A stretch of 54,253 nucleotides of DNA from an uncultured Bifidobacteriaceae bacterium (lineage in GTDB: Bacteria > Bacteroidota > Bacteroidia > Cytophagales > UBA9547). Positions 1 through 9,839 of this stretch are shown in pieces. Location: NCBI GenBank assembly GCA_964565665.1, contig CAZMFZ010000005.1:1-54253 (forward strand). Direction: 5' to 3'. Below the pieces are notes generated by a model that was not told the origin of the DNA, made no database searches, and saw only the letters and a list, made by a program, of their open reading frames with translations. Position 1 is the stretch's first letter. Every line of letters starts with the position of its first letter. A program made the translations under genes and the position numbers.

Positions 1-132
1 CATTTCATTTTGCTCCAACTCATTCATTCCCAAGTCTTTACTTAAGTTCAAATGATAAGAAAGCATTTCAATATGAATTAAAAAATTGTTGTGCAGAATT
101 TGAAGTAGGGCATTTGGTATCGATTTTTTCAT
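1..132 (-). CDS. 5' part of an unidentified ORF running off the left edge (44 codons visible)
   Basis: ATG at 132 read by hand on the minus strand, open to position 1 (MKKSIPNALLQILHNNFLIHIEMLSYHLNLSKDLGMNELEQNEM). Below the 60-aa cut-off of the ORF track. No family recognised. Confidence 0.25.
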   Translation of the reverse strand, partial: MKKSIPNALLQILHNNFLIHIEMLSYHLNLSKDLGMNELEQNEM

Positions 133-140
133 AACGTTAA

Positions 141-166
141 AAGCCCCCAACCCCCGAAGGGGGCTT
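141..166 (+). repeat. C5/G5 mini-hairpin repeat, copy a; possible terminator of the efflux operon
   Basis: aagcccccaacccccgaagggggctt. The G5CTT arm can pair with either AAGC5 (141-148) or C5 (151-155). Lies 83 nt downstream of the RND stop. The minus-strand RNA reads C5-UUCG-G5. Confidence 0.7.
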
Positions 167-248
167 AATGATTAAGGTGAAATGAATATGTTATAATCTA
201 TTTTAAGTTGGGCTGCCTTTCATTTGATGATTAGCAACCCATTTTTAT

Positions 249-3200
249 TTATAGTGTTGCAATATCTTTGCCTGCTAAGCGAGCTTTTAATCTCTCACTC
301 AGGTAGTACATACAAGGCACGAGAATGAGCGTGATTAGGGTGGCGAATATCAAACCGAATATCATGGTCCAAGAAAGCGGCCCCCAGAAAGCTACATTGT
401 CGCCACCTAGGAAAATATGCGGATTTAGTTCAGTAAATATGGTAACGAAATCGATATTGAACCCGATGGCCAATGGCACCAAACCTAAGGTTGTGGCTGT
501 GGCTGTCAGCAATACAGGGCTTAATCTTGTTTTCCCAGCTTGAATCAAGGCTTCTCTAATAGGTAAGCCTCTGGCTCTCAATTCTTCAGTAAATTCAAGT
601 ATCAAAATACCATTTTTTACTACTATACCAGCTAGGCCAAGTATACCAATTCCAGTCATTACGATTACGAAATCCATATTGAATATGCCTACACCTAAGA
701 ATACGCCTATTATACTGAACACAATTTCTGTGAGAATAATAACGGGTTTACTGATAGAATTGAACTGCACCACCAAGATAAAAAGGATTAAGCCCAGTGA
801 AATTAAGAGTGCTACACCTAAGAAATTGGAAGTCTCTGCTTGGTCTTCCTGCTCGCCACCCATTTTGATTTCATAGCCATCTTTCAGTGGGAAATTTTTT
901 AAGCTTGCCTCGATTTTTGGTACAATATCGTTGGCAGAATAGCCTGTCAACACATTGGATCCTAAGGCAACTACCCGTTTATTATTCCTTCTTTTGATAC
1001 CGCCATACGAATTGCCGTACGATATTTTAGCAACAGATGACAGTGGAATTTGCCTTACAGCACCACCCATTGCCATATCACGGAAGGTGATTTTCAAATT
1101 CACCAATTCATCAATTTTATTTCTTTGACTTGGCTGATAACGAAGCATGATTGGATTTTCATCTTCACCATCTCTAAATTTGGATATTTCTTTTCCATAA
1201 ATAGCATTTCTAACCTCTAATCCGATTTGCCCAGTCGATAACCCTTCACGGTTGGCTCTGTCTCTATCTATCTCTATCAATATTTCAGGTTTCCTTTCTT
1301 CCAAATCAGATTTTAATTCTTCAATACCAGGAATGCCTTGTGCATTGATATAAACTTTTAAATCGTTAGAAATTTTAATCAAATCTGGAAGTTCATCACC
1401 TGAAATCAACACTTCAATAGGCTTGCCAGTTGGTGGCCCGCTTGATTCCTGACTTACGGTTATTTCCGTTCCAGGAATATCCTTAATCGCACTTCTGATT
1501 TTATCTAAATATGCTTTGGTAGATTCCCCATCACGCTTGCCAAACTCTACAAATGAAACCGATACTTTTCCTCGGTTTGGTTTTGGGCTACGGTCTTGGT
1601 CAGAAGCTTCATTTGTACCGTAAGTAACATTGGAAATGATCGATTCTACAATCGGATTGTTTTCACCAACAGTTTCAAACACCTTGTTTTCCACAATTTT
1701 AGTGATCGAATCGGTTACCAACTGGTGCGTACCTACGGGAAGCCCAATATTCACATAAATAAAATTAGGGTCGGAACTTGGGAAGAAATATATTTGAGGT
1801 TTTCTAACTACAATCAAGAAAATTGATCCTATAAAAAGAAGGACTGTACCTAACAACAAATAAACAGTATGCCTACCTCTAAGCGACCAAGTGATAATTG
1901 ATTCGTACCCACGAACCAAAGCAGGAATGAATTTTTGTTGAAAACCTCTGATAGCACCAGCCAGCACAAATTTGTTGAACACAACCAAGAAAGCAAGGAA
2001 TACTAGGAAATTTCCCATTCCAAAGTTGCCAGCCAAGTAGCAGATTACAGCAAACGAAGCAATGACAATGATGCTGATTACCATCCATTTATTATTTTGG
2101 TAGAATGTTTTCTTTGGATCATCGCCTTCTTCTTTCTGCATGAAATTAACAGCAAATACAGGGTTGATAATAAAAGCCACAAACAAAGAAGCCAACAAGG
2201 TGATGATTAAAGTAACGGGCAAGTAGTACATGAATTTGCCCACAATACCAGGCCAGAATAACAACGGTATAAAAGGCGCTAACGTAGTTAATGTTCCTGC
2301 CAAAACGGGCACAAATACTTCTCCTGCCGCTTTTTTAGCAGCATCTGCGATTGGAATATGCTCATCGTGATAAATTCTATGTGTGTTTTCAATTACCACA
2401 ATGGCATCATCTACCACTATTCCCAATGCAAAAAGGAAGGCAAACAACACAATAAAGTTTAATGAAAAACCAATAGATGGCATGAGCATAAAAGCCACAA
2501 ACATAGAAAGTGGCACAGAAAGCCCCACGAAAATGGCATTGGTAACGCCCATGAAAAACATCAACACAATAGTAACCAATATGAAACCGATGATGATGGT
2601 ATTGATCAAATCGTGGAGCGAAGTACGGGTTTGTGTAGATTGATCGCCCGTGATTACCACATTTAAGTCTTTAGGATATTTGGTTTTTTGCAATTCTGTC
2701 ATTATTTCACGCACTTTGTCGGTGGCGGTCAATAAATTTTCACCTGCTCTTTTCACCACATTTAAAGTAACTACAGGTTTGTGAGCCAATCGAGCATAGC
2801 TTTCTTGCTCTTCAAAATCGTAATTTACTTTTGCAATATCTTTGAGGTATACTGGCGAACCAAAAGCCGATTTGATAATTATATCTTCAATTTTCTTTGG
2901 GTCGGTAAATTCACCACTCACACGTACCGAGCGTTTCATTTCATCTACTTTCACCGTTCCAGCTGAAATTGTGAGATTTTCGTAGGCTACTGCACGCTCA
3001 ATATCGCCTAAAGTGATGGTGGCTTTCTGCATTTTATACATATCCACATCTATTTGCACTTCACGCTCTCTAGCTCCTACCACATCTACCCTCGATATTT
3101 CCTTCATGCCTTCAATTTTATCTTTGGCATCTTCGGCATATTCTTTAAGTAATTCATCGGGATAATTGCCTGATATATTCACGAACATTACTGGAATATC

Positions 3201-3620
3201 AGAAAAATTCACCTCGATTACGCTAGGTTCGGAAGGTAAATCGTTGGGCAAATCTTGACGGGCTTTGTCCACCGCATCTTTTACGCGTTGCTTTGCAAGC
3301 TCTACAGCCACATTGGCATTGAACTCTACCACTACATTAGAGAAATCTTGAATGGAATTGCTGGTTACTTTTTTTACTCCATTGAGCGATTTTATCTGTT
3401 TTTCAAGTTTCCTTGTTACCAAATTTTCCATATCCACAGGCGAAGTACCTGGATAAATTGTACTCACATAAATGGTTGGGATCACTATATCAGGATAGCT
3501 TGCCTTGGGCAAGTTGATATAACTTGTAATCCCAAACAGGGTGAAAAAGAACGTCATTATATAAATGGCCGTCTTGTTGTTTACCGCCCACGAGGTCGGC
3601 CCGAATTCTTTGAAATTCAT
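249..3620 (-). CDS. RND efflux transporter, inner-membrane permease subunit (AcrB/HAE1-like)
   Basis: 1123-aa ORF. The 12-TM plus two large periplasmic loop architecture is visible in the translation. The N-terminus is typical of RND permeases, and the gene sits in an operon with MFP and TolC genes. Confidence 0.93.
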   Translation of the reverse strand: MNFKEFGPTSWAVNNKTAIYIMTFFFTLFGITSYINLPKASYPDIVIPTIYVSTIYPGTSPVDMENLVTRKLEKQIKSLNGVKKVTSNSIQDFSNVVVEFNANVAVELAKQRVKDAVDKARQDLPNDLPSEPSVIEVNFSDIPVMFVNISGNYPDELLKEYAEDAKDKIEGMKEISRVDVVGAREREVQIDVDMYKMQKATITLGDIERAVAYENLTISAGTVKVDEMKRSVRVSGEFTDPKKIEDIIIKSAFGSPVYLKDIAKVNYDFEEQESYARLAHKPVVTLNVVKRAGENLLTATDKVREIMTELQKTKYPKDLNVVITGDQSTQTRTSLHDLINTIIIGFILVTIVLMFFMGVTNAIFVGLSVPLSMFVAFMLMPSIGFSLNFIVLFAFLFALGIVVDDAIVVIENTHRIYHDEHIPIADAAKKAAGEVFVPVLAGTLTTLAPFIPLLFWPGIVGKFMYYLPVTLIITLLASLFVAFIINPVFAVNFMQKEEGDDPKKTFYQNNKWMVISIIVIASFAVICYLAGNFGMGNFLVFLAFLVVFNKFVLAGAIRGFQQKFIPALVRGYESIITWSLRGRHTVYLLLGTVLLFIGSIFLIVVRKPQIYFFPSSDPNFIYVNIGLPVGTHQLVTDSITKIVENKVFETVGENNPIVESIISNVTYGTNEASDQDRSPKPNRGKVSVSFVEFGKRDGESTKAYLDKIRSAIKDIPGTEITVSQESSGPPTGKPIEVLISGDELPDLIKISNDLKVYINAQGIPGIEELKSDLEERKPEILIEIDRDRANREGLSTGQIGLEVRNAIYGKEISKFRDGEDENPIMLRYQPSQRNKIDELVNLKITFRDMAMGGAVRQIPLSSVAKISYGNSYGGIKRRNNKRVVALGSNVLTGYSANDIVPKIEASLKNFPLKDGYEIKMGGEQEDQAETSNFLGVALLISLGLILFILVVQFNSISKPVIILTEIVFSIIGVFLGVGIFNMDFVIVMTGIGILGLAGIVVKNGILILEFTEELRARGLPIREALIQAGKTRLSPVLLTATATTLGLVPLAIGFNIDFVTIFTELNPHIFLGGDNVAFWGPLSWTMIFGLIFATLITLILVPCMYYLSERLKARLAGKDIATL

Positions 3621-3630
3621 TTTATAATTG

Positions 3631-3653
3631 CCCCCCGACCCCCGAAGGGGGAG
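3631..3653 (+). repeat. C5/G5 mini-hairpin repeat, copy b (left end of a MITE-like unit)
   Basis: ccccccgacccccgaagggggag, 11 nt upstream of the RND start codon. Inverted relative to copy c. Confidence 0.7.
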
Positions 3654-3736
3654 TTAGTATCGTGAATCGCAGTTGGGTGTCGTTAACTGCGATATGGTTT
3701 TTTGAATCGTTACACTCAATAAGAAGCCATTTCCTA

Positions 3737-3760
3737 TTCCCCCTTCGGGGGTTAGGGGGC
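3737..3760 (-). repeat. C5/G5 mini-hairpin repeat, copy c (right end of a MITE-like unit)
   Basis: ttcccccttcgggggttagggggc. Its reverse complement is gccccctaacccccgaagggggaa. Ends 3 nt from the MFP stop codon. Confidence 0.7.
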
Positions 3761-3762
3761 AT

Positions 3763-4884
3763 TTAGTATTTTATGGGTTGCCCATCGCTCAAATCAGAAT
3801 AGCCGAAAGTGATTAATTTCTCTCCACCATTCAATCCAGCTGAAATTAATGCCGCATTTCCGTAAGTGTTGGCAAGGGTTACTACTCTTCTTTCTGTTTT
3901 GTTGTCGGCAGAAGCCAAGTACACATAATTTCCTGTGGCAGATTTTTGAACCGTATTGATTGGCACTACAATCGATTTAGATTTTGAAAAATCATTGATT
4001 TTCAAATAAGCAATCATGTTGGGTTTAATTTCCGCACCAGCAGTTGGCAATTTTATTTCAATGGCAAAAGTTCTGTTTACAGTATTGATTGAGCTTCCGA
4101 TTACAGAAATTTTGGCTTTGATTTCTTTCTCTATATCTGGGAAACGAACTACTACTTCATCTCCTACACTCACTTTGCCCACATAGCTTTCCGCAATTTC
4201 CGCCTTTATTTTGTATCCTGAGTTGTTTACAATTCTGAAAGAGCTTTTCATTTGCGTTGCCATTTCTCCTTCTTTTGTAAGTACCTCATCGACATAGCCG
4301 CTGATGGGTGAAGTAATCTTGGTTTTATTCAATTGCTCTTTCAAAGATGCTAGTTTAGCTTCCAAACTTTCTTTGCTCGATTTCGCTTGCAAATACTGAA
4401 GTTCAGTACCTACATTGTCTTTATAGAGTTTTTCTTGTTTTTCAAATATGGTTTTTACCAATTCATATGAAGTCTCTACTTCTGAAATTGCTTTTTTGAT
4501 TAATGAAGCATCGATTTCTCCTAATACAGTTCCTCTTGATACTTTATCACCTGTTTTTACTCTTAGATTCACAAGTATTCCAGGTACTTCAGTTGTAACC
4601 ATAATATTATTGTCTGTATCTACTTGACCTTGTATTTCTATGTAATGGTTGAACGTGCTAAGTTGTATCGTTTCTACTTTTACCAATTTGGCTTTGCTAG
4701 CATCTGATTTAGAAGTATCCGTAAGTGCTATTTCCTCTTCTAAAGCTTTGATTTTTGAAGCTAGTTCCGATTGTTGGGTTTTCAGAGTTTCAAGCTGGGC
4801 TTTTTCATCGCCTTCTTGCTTTCCACATGCTACCAATAGCACGAATGCTAACGCAAATATTTTGGGTAAACGATTTGTTGTCAT
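3763..4884 (-). CDS. RND efflux membrane fusion protein (HlyD/AcrA family periplasmic adaptor)
   Basis: 373 aa. Lipoprotein signal (LLVACGK), coiled-coil hairpin segments and beta-barrel-like C-terminal part. Located between the TolC and RND genes. Confidence 0.9.
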   Translation of the reverse strand: MTTNRLPKIFALAFVLLVACGKQEGDEKAQLETLKTQQSELASKIKALEEEIALTDTSKSDASKAKLVKVETIQLSTFNHYIEIQGQVDTDNNIMVTTEVPGILVNLRVKTGDKVSRGTVLGEIDASLIKKAISEVETSYELVKTIFEKQEKLYKDNVGTELQYLQAKSSKESLEAKLASLKEQLNKTKITSPISGYVDEVLTKEGEMATQMKSSFRIVNNSGYKIKAEIAESYVGKVSVGDEVVVRFPDIEKEIKAKISVIGSSINTVNRTFAIEIKLPTAGAEIKPNMIAYLKINDFSKSKSIVVPINTVQKSATGNYVYLASADNKTERRVVTLANTYGNAALISAGLNGGEKLITFGYSDLSDGQPIKY

Positions 4885-4923
4885 TGTTTTATATAAAAGT
4901 TAAAGTGAAAATGGTTTGGTTAA

Positions 4924-6357
4924 TTAATATTTGTCTAGGCCAATTGCTGTTTCATAATCAGTTTTAAAAACTAAGTAGTCGAAAAGCGAATTGAAATAGT
5001 TGATTTGCGCTTCTTTAAGTGAGGCTTCTGCATCTGTCACCTCTAAGTTTGACCCTGTACCAGCCTTGTATTTTTTGTTGGAAATATTGCTTACATTTTG
5101 AGCTAACTTCATATTTCGCTTTTGCATCACTATAGTTCGCTGGCTGTTTTGCAAGTTTGCCTTTGCCGCTTGCACTTGAAGATCATAAGCCAATTCAAAG
5201 TTCTTTACATTATTCTCCGATTTTTGCAGATTAAGTTTCGACTGTTGTATTTTACTGGTACGTTCAAATCCCGAAAAAATAGGTACATTTAATCCTAGTT
5301 GAATAAAAGAGTAAGTACTCCAATAAGTAGCTACATTTCTCACTTCTGGGGCCTGTGTGAGTGATTTAAAAACTTCAGTGCGTTTTCCTTCAAAAAAGTT
5401 AAGATTTTTTGTCGATGAAAAAGCTCCAAAGCTACCCGATAAGGCCAAAGAAGGTAAGGCTGCTCCTCTATTGTTTTTCATATCAAGCTTGCTTGCCTTC
5501 ACTGAAAGTTTTAGTAATTGGTACTCAGGCCTATTATCAACCGAATAAGTATCTGACTTATTTAATACAGTATCGGCTGTGTATTGTTCAATTTTATCAG
5601 TAAGCAGCAGATTTTGCTCTAAGGGCATGCTCATTTGAAATTTCAACTGTAGGTATGATAATATAACCAAACTAAGCGTTTTCTCATATTCAGTCATTAT
5701 GTTATTGAGGCTTACCTCAATCCTATCTACATCTATTTGCTCGGCAAACCCATTTCTTTGCAAGGCTTTCATTTGCTTAAGTGTGGAATCTAGGCGTGTA
5801 ATGTTGACATCAAATAACTTTATCCGCTCTGTATTTACCAAATTTTGATAATATGCTTTTTTTACATTGCTTGCTGTTTGAATGCGAGTCTGTTGCGAAG
5901 ATCTGGCTGACAACTCTTTGTATGTCTTCGCTGCTTGCAAGCCTACAAAGTAGCTGTTATTAAAAAGTAGCTGAGAAGCGGTGATATTCGCATCTAAATT
6001 TGTAGGTAATTGAAAAATAGCCGGATAAACAATTACATCTGCTGGTTTGGTAGGGTCGCTTGGTGGAGCAAATGGTCCGCCACCAGGGAAATAGGCATTC
6101 CTTAATTCAAAATAATGCTGGATTCCAGCAGACCCATTAATTTGAGGCAATCCTATTGATCTTACCTCACGCACCTTTGCAGCAGCAATTTCTTCGTCTA
6201 AAGTCGCATTCTTCACATTTACATTATTCTTCAACGCATAATCTACGCAGTCTTGCAAATTCATTTTGAGCGTATCACCTACGCCAGTGAGTGAAGTTTG
6301 GGCAAACGTTCCTATCGAAACAATGCCCCAGAGCAATGCAACTACTTTTCTTTTCAT
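4924..6357 (-). CDS. TolC-family outer membrane efflux protein
   Basis: 477 aa with a signal peptide and two long repeated helical halves typical of OEP/TolC. First structural gene of the efflux operon. Confidence 0.88.
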   Translation of the reverse strand: MKRKVVALLWGIVSIGTFAQTSLTGVGDTLKMNLQDCVDYALKNNVNVKNATLDEEIAAAKVREVRSIGLPQINGSAGIQHYFELRNAYFPGGGPFAPPSDPTKPADVIVYPAIFQLPTNLDANITASQLLFNNSYFVGLQAAKTYKELSARSSQQTRIQTASNVKKAYYQNLVNTERIKLFDVNITRLDSTLKQMKALQRNGFAEQIDVDRIEVSLNNIMTEYEKTLSLVILSYLQLKFQMSMPLEQNLLLTDKIEQYTADTVLNKSDTYSVDNRPEYQLLKLSVKASKLDMKNNRGAALPSLALSGSFGAFSSTKNLNFFEGKRTEVFKSLTQAPEVRNVATYWSTYSFIQLGLNVPIFSGFERTSKIQQSKLNLQKSENNVKNFELAYDLQVQAAKANLQNSQRTIVMQKRNMKLAQNVSNISNKKYKAGTGSNLEVTDAEASLKEAQINYFNSLFDYLVFKTDYETAIGLDKY

Positions 6358-6392
6358 TTGAAAAAAGGTTTGGTAAATTAAAATTTAGTGTG

Positions 6393-7001
6393 CTAATCGG
6401 TAATCTGTTTCAATTCGTTCAATCTATGGTGGCCTTTTATGGTAGATATGCCATACATAAAATGCTCGAAAATTTGTGTTGATATTTCACTAATATTGAA
6501 TTCGCCACTTGGATATACTTCAGGGTTGAACATCATTTCAATTTGCTCTACTCTCATTCTAGAGATAATTTCAATATTAATGTCTTTTCTGAAATAGCCT
6601 TGTTCGGTGCCTTCAATCAGCATCTCCACAACTTGCTTGGTAATATGCTCTTTTTTATGTGCTTGGAAAGCTTTCCAAGCAGATGAGTGATATTTTTTCA
6701 AATCAAACAATAATGAGGGATTCATTTTGCTCATATCGTTTTTCAATATCTCAGTTGCCCGCCAAAAAAACTCAATCACATCTTTGCTTTCTTTAGAGGC
6801 ATTGTCCCATTTGCATTTTTGCGAGTTCATTTCAAGGTTTGCCACGTCCATTACCAAAGCATCTTTATCATGAAAATATTGGTAAATGGTTTTTTTACTT
6901 ATGGAAAGATGCCTAGCTATATCGTCCATGGTGATGGATTTCACGCCATATCGCATAAACAATTCACAAGCTCCATTAACTATTTCTTCTTTTGCTTCCA
7001 T
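6393..7001 (-). CDS. TetR/AcrR family transcriptional regulator
   Basis: N-terminal HTH (ITMDDIARHLSISKKTIYQYFHDKDALV). Start moved to the internal ATG at 7001 (MEAKEEIV...). Heads the efflux operon. Confidence 0.85.
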   Translation of the reverse strand: MEAKEEIVNGACELFMRYGVKSITMDDIARHLSISKKTIYQYFHDKDALVMDVANLEMNSQKCKWDNASKESKDVIEFFWRATEILKNDMSKMNPSLLFDLKKYHSSAWKAFQAHKKEHITKQVVEMLIEGTEQGYFRKDINIEIISRMRVEQIEMMFNPEVYPSGEFNISEISTQIFEHFMYGISTIKGHHRLNELKQITD

Positions 7002-7284
7002 ACTCCCTTTTTGTAAATCTATACTTATTTCAAAAAGACGATGCAAAACTATGGAAACTTTTTATTCAACCAAAGTTTATTTATTATTTTTTGTTTCCGC
7101 TGTTTTTATTCTCCAAAAGTATTGTTGAAATTTTGATTATAATACTAAAATTGGATGAAATGCAGTTTTTGCTTGTTAGAATGCACCAATGAAAACCCGA
7201 AACGTAATTCATAGTTTCAAGCAATGGTATCTATATTTATTTCTTTATCCTCAATTTTGTGATTTTGGTTATTTTTACGGCACC

Positions 7285-8496
7285 ATGACACAAATTCAAA
7301 TCACCCATATTACCAACCTGCAAGCCTCTGAGCCTACTAAATACGATGCTGCAGCGATTGGCGAAGATGAAATGCTACTCAATATGGGGCCGCAGCATCC
7401 CTCTACCCATGGCGTTTTGCGATTGGAATTGGTGACTGATGGCGAAACAATAGTAGATGTGGTGCCGCATATTGGCTATCTGCATCGCTGTTTTGAAAAA
7501 CATGCCGAAGCCTTGCCCTTCAACCAAATTATACCTTATGTAGATAGGCTTGATTATGTGGCATCGATGAATAATGAACACGCTTACGTGATGGGTGTGG
7601 AAAAAATGCTCGGCATTGAGAAAGATATTCCTAAAAGAGTAGAATACATCCGTGTGCTGGTTTGCGAACTCAATCGCTTGGCTTCGCATTTTATTGCCAT
7701 TGGCACGTACGGGGTCGATTTAGGCGCTGTTACTCCTTTTTTGTGGATGCTTAGAGATAGAGAACACATTCTTCGCTTGCTCGAATGGACAAACGGCTCA
7801 AGAATGCTCTATAATTATATATGGGTTGGCGGTTTGTTTTATGACATTCCTGTAGGCTTTGAGGAAAAATGCTTGGAATTTGTAAAGTATCTTATTCCCA
7901 AGCTTTTGGAAACAGAAGATATTCTATTAAAAAATAAAATCTTTATTGGACGCACGGCCAATGTTGGGGTTTTACCTTTGGATTTGGCAATTAATTACGG
8001 CTGCTCTGGGCCAGTATTGCGTGGCTCTGGTTTGAAACTTGATTTGCGTAAAGTAGATGCTTATTCGGTTTATCCGGAAATAGACTTTTCTATTCCTATC
8101 GGGCAAGGCAAAGTAGGTACGACTGGAGATTGCTGGGATAGAACAGATGTACGGATGCAGGAATGCAAAGAATCTATAAAAATAATTGAGCAATGCCTTG
8201 AAAAACTGTTGAAAGACCAAAAACGCACCTCAGATTTTGATCCTCAAGCATTAGTACCCAAAAGAATAAGGGTGCAGCCTATGGAATATTATAGTAGAGC
8301 TGAAAATCCGAAAGGGGAATTGGGGTTTTATTTCAAAACGGAAGGCAGAGGCGAAGTTCCTTTTCGTTGCAAAGTTCGGGCTTGTGGTTTTGTAAATCTT
8401 TCGGTAATTCACGAAATATCGAAAGGGGCTTTGCTTGCCGATTTGGTTGCCATTATCGGATCGCTCGATTTTGTAATGGGCGAAGTAGACCGATAG
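7285..8496 (+). CDS. nuoD: NADH-quinone oxidoreductase subunit D
   Basis: Strong match to the 49-kDa subunit (NMGPQHPSTHGVLRL, RLDYV, terminal GEVDR). Start placed at ATG 7285 (MTQIQI...). The track start at 7189 adds an implausible 32-aa extension. Confidence 0.93.
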   Translation: MTQIQITHITNLQASEPTKYDAAAIGEDEMLLNMGPQHPSTHGVLRLELVTDGETIVDVVPHIGYLHRCFEKHAEALPFNQIIPYVDRLDYVASMNNEHAYVMGVEKMLGIEKDIPKRVEYIRVLVCELNRLASHFIAIGTYGVDLGAVTPFLWMLRDREHILRLLEWTNGSRMLYNYIWVGGLFYDIPVGFEEKCLEFVKYLIPKLLETEDILLKNKIFIGRTANVGVLPLDLAINYGCSGPVLRGSGLKLDLRKVDAYSVYPEIDFSIPIGQGKVGTTGDCWDRTDVRMQECKESIKIIEQCLEKLLKDQKRTSDFDPQALVPKRIRVQPMEYYSRAENPKGELGFYFKTEGRGEVPFRCKVRACGFVNLSVIHEISKGALLADLVAIIGSLDFVMGEVDR

Positions 8497-8554
8497 TTTG
8501 AATGTGGAACGATTAATGCGGAATAAATAATTGAATCCATTTATTTTTTTTAAA

Positions 8555-9226
8555 ATGATTTGCAAAGCCAAGCCCGCGTTACACATTAACTTTTACATAT
8601 TTTTTCTATTCACTTTATTCCTTTCCAACTACGCCAACAGCCAGCCCGATTGGGAATTGGCACGCAACAGAAATGGGGTGTTGGTGTACACCAAATTTTA
8701 TAAAAATGAAGGGCTTAAGCAATTGAAAGCAGAAACCACAGTTTCAGGTGTAAGTCTTCACAGTTTTGCAGCCGTTTTTAAAGATGTTGAAAATACAATA
8801 CTATGGGCCGATAAGCTGAAATATGCCAAATGTTTGAAGAAAATAAGCCCTACCGAATACATCAATTATTTTATTACCGATATTCCTTGGCCATTGCGGA
8901 GGCGTGAAGGCATATTCAAAATAAATATGTATCAAGATAAAAATGACAATGCTTTAGTGATAGAATCTATAGCCTTTCCAGATTTTATACCCGAATCCGA
9001 TACCGCAGTGCGGATATTGGAAGCCAAATCAATATGGAAATTTACGCCCTTTGGAGACAACAATTTGGCAGTACAAAGCATATTTTATGCCGATCCAAGA
9101 GGATTTCCACCTTTTCTAGTAAATCTGTTTGTAACTGATTCTCCACTACAAACCATGACTAACTTGCGGGAATACGTGAAGCAGGAGAAATATAAAAATG
9201 CTAAATTTGATTTTATTAAAGATTGA
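8555..9226 (+). CDS. START/SRPBCC-domain lipid-binding protein with an N-terminal signal peptide
   Basis: WELARNRNGVLVYTK...LKAETTVSGVSL..F..VF.DVEN...W is START-like. Hydrophobic leader ending in ANSQ. ATG at 8555 preferred over TTG at 8531. Confidence 0.6.
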   Translation: MICKAKPALHINFYIFFLFTLFLSNYANSQPDWELARNRNGVLVYTKFYKNEGLKQLKAETTVSGVSLHSFAAVFKDVENTILWADKLKYAKCLKKISPTEYINYFITDIPWPLRRREGIFKINMYQDKNDNALVIESIAFPDFIPESDTAVRILEAKSIWKFTPFGDNNLAVQSIFYADPRGFPPFLVNLFVTDSPLQTMTNLREYVKQEKYKNAKFDFIKD

Positions 9227-9249
9227 AATTTGTAATCAACTTTTTGTAA

Positions 9250-9765
9250 ATGGCTTTTAACAAAATTGTACTAGAATTAAAAGTAGCCTTTGGAGAATCC
9301 ATAATTTTGGAATCCTCTCAATTAGATGCATTGATGCCTTTTGCTGTTATTACAAAAGACAATCTGTTGAAAGTGAGCGAGTTTCTACACACAAATCCAG
9401 AATGCTACTTCGACTTTCTGGCCTGTGTTACGGGGCTTGACAATGGCCTTGCAAAAGAAGGAGAAAAAGGCACAATGGAAGTGATTTATAATTTGTACTC
9501 AATTCCATTCGATTTCAAATTTTGCTTTAAAGTGATACTAGATAGAAATATTGAGGCTACAAATATGCCCGAAATAGAATCTGTAAGTCATATTTGGCGT
9601 ACAGCAAATTGGCAAGAAAGGGAAATTTTCGATTTGTATGGTATTAAATTTCTCCACCATCCCGATTTAAGAAGAATACTAATGCCTGCCGATTGGGAAG
9701 GCTTTCCACTCAGAAAAGACTACCATTTGCAGCAATATTATCACAATGTAAAAGTGGAATACTAA
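9250..9765 (+). CDS. nuoC: NADH-quinone oxidoreductase subunit C
   Basis: 171 aa with 30-kDa subunit motifs ([24 protein letters not shown]). Confidence 0.92.
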   Translation: MAFNKIVLELKVAFGESIILESSQLDALMPFAVITKDNLLKVSEFLHTNPECYFDFLACVTGLDNGLAKEGEKGTMEVIYNLYSIPFDFKFCFKVILDRNIEATNMPEIESVSHIWRTANWQEREIFDLYGIKFLHHPDLRRILMPADWEGFPLRKDYHLQQYYHNVKVEY

Positions 9766-9766
9766 A

Positions 9767-9808
9767 AGTAATGAGTAATGAGTAATGAGTAATGAGTAAT
9801 GAGTAATT
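9767..9808 (+). repeat. Heptanucleotide tandem repeat (AGTAATG) x5 plus one imperfect unit
   Basis: Read directly: agtaatg repeated at 9767, 9774, 9781, 9788 and 9795, then agtaatt. Starts 2 nt after the nuoC stop. Each unit carries TAA and TGA. Confidence 0.95.
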
Positions 9809-9839
9809 CAACTTAATAAATAATTCCGCATTAATAAAG

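Noticed and set aside
325-3665. Short ORFs on the plus strand inside the RND permease gene (325-543, 679-876, 1596-1826, 2383-2643, 2781-2966, 3255-3665). Similar antisense or out-of-frame ORFs lie inside nearly every large gene in the track.
   Set aside because: They are fully overlapped by long ORFs with clear family signatures. Their translations are low-complexity with no recognisable motifs. They are typical shadow ORFs.
3631-3760. G-quadruplex potential of the G5 runs in the repeat copies.
   Set aside because: At most three G5 tracts lie on one strand in any local cluster. Hairpin pairing with the adjacent C5 tracts is the simpler structure.
7055-7078. Inverted repeat AAACTTT-N10-AAAGTTT upstream of the tetR gene, as a TetR operator.
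   Set aside because: Seven A/T-rich bases per arm is too weak to separate from chance. It is plausible but unsupported.
7189-7284. 32-codon N-terminal extension of nuoD in the ORF track.
   Set aside because: The extension (MKTRNVIHSFKQWYLYLFLYPQFCDFGYFYGT) has no counterpart in NuoD. The conserved protein begins at the ATG at 7285.
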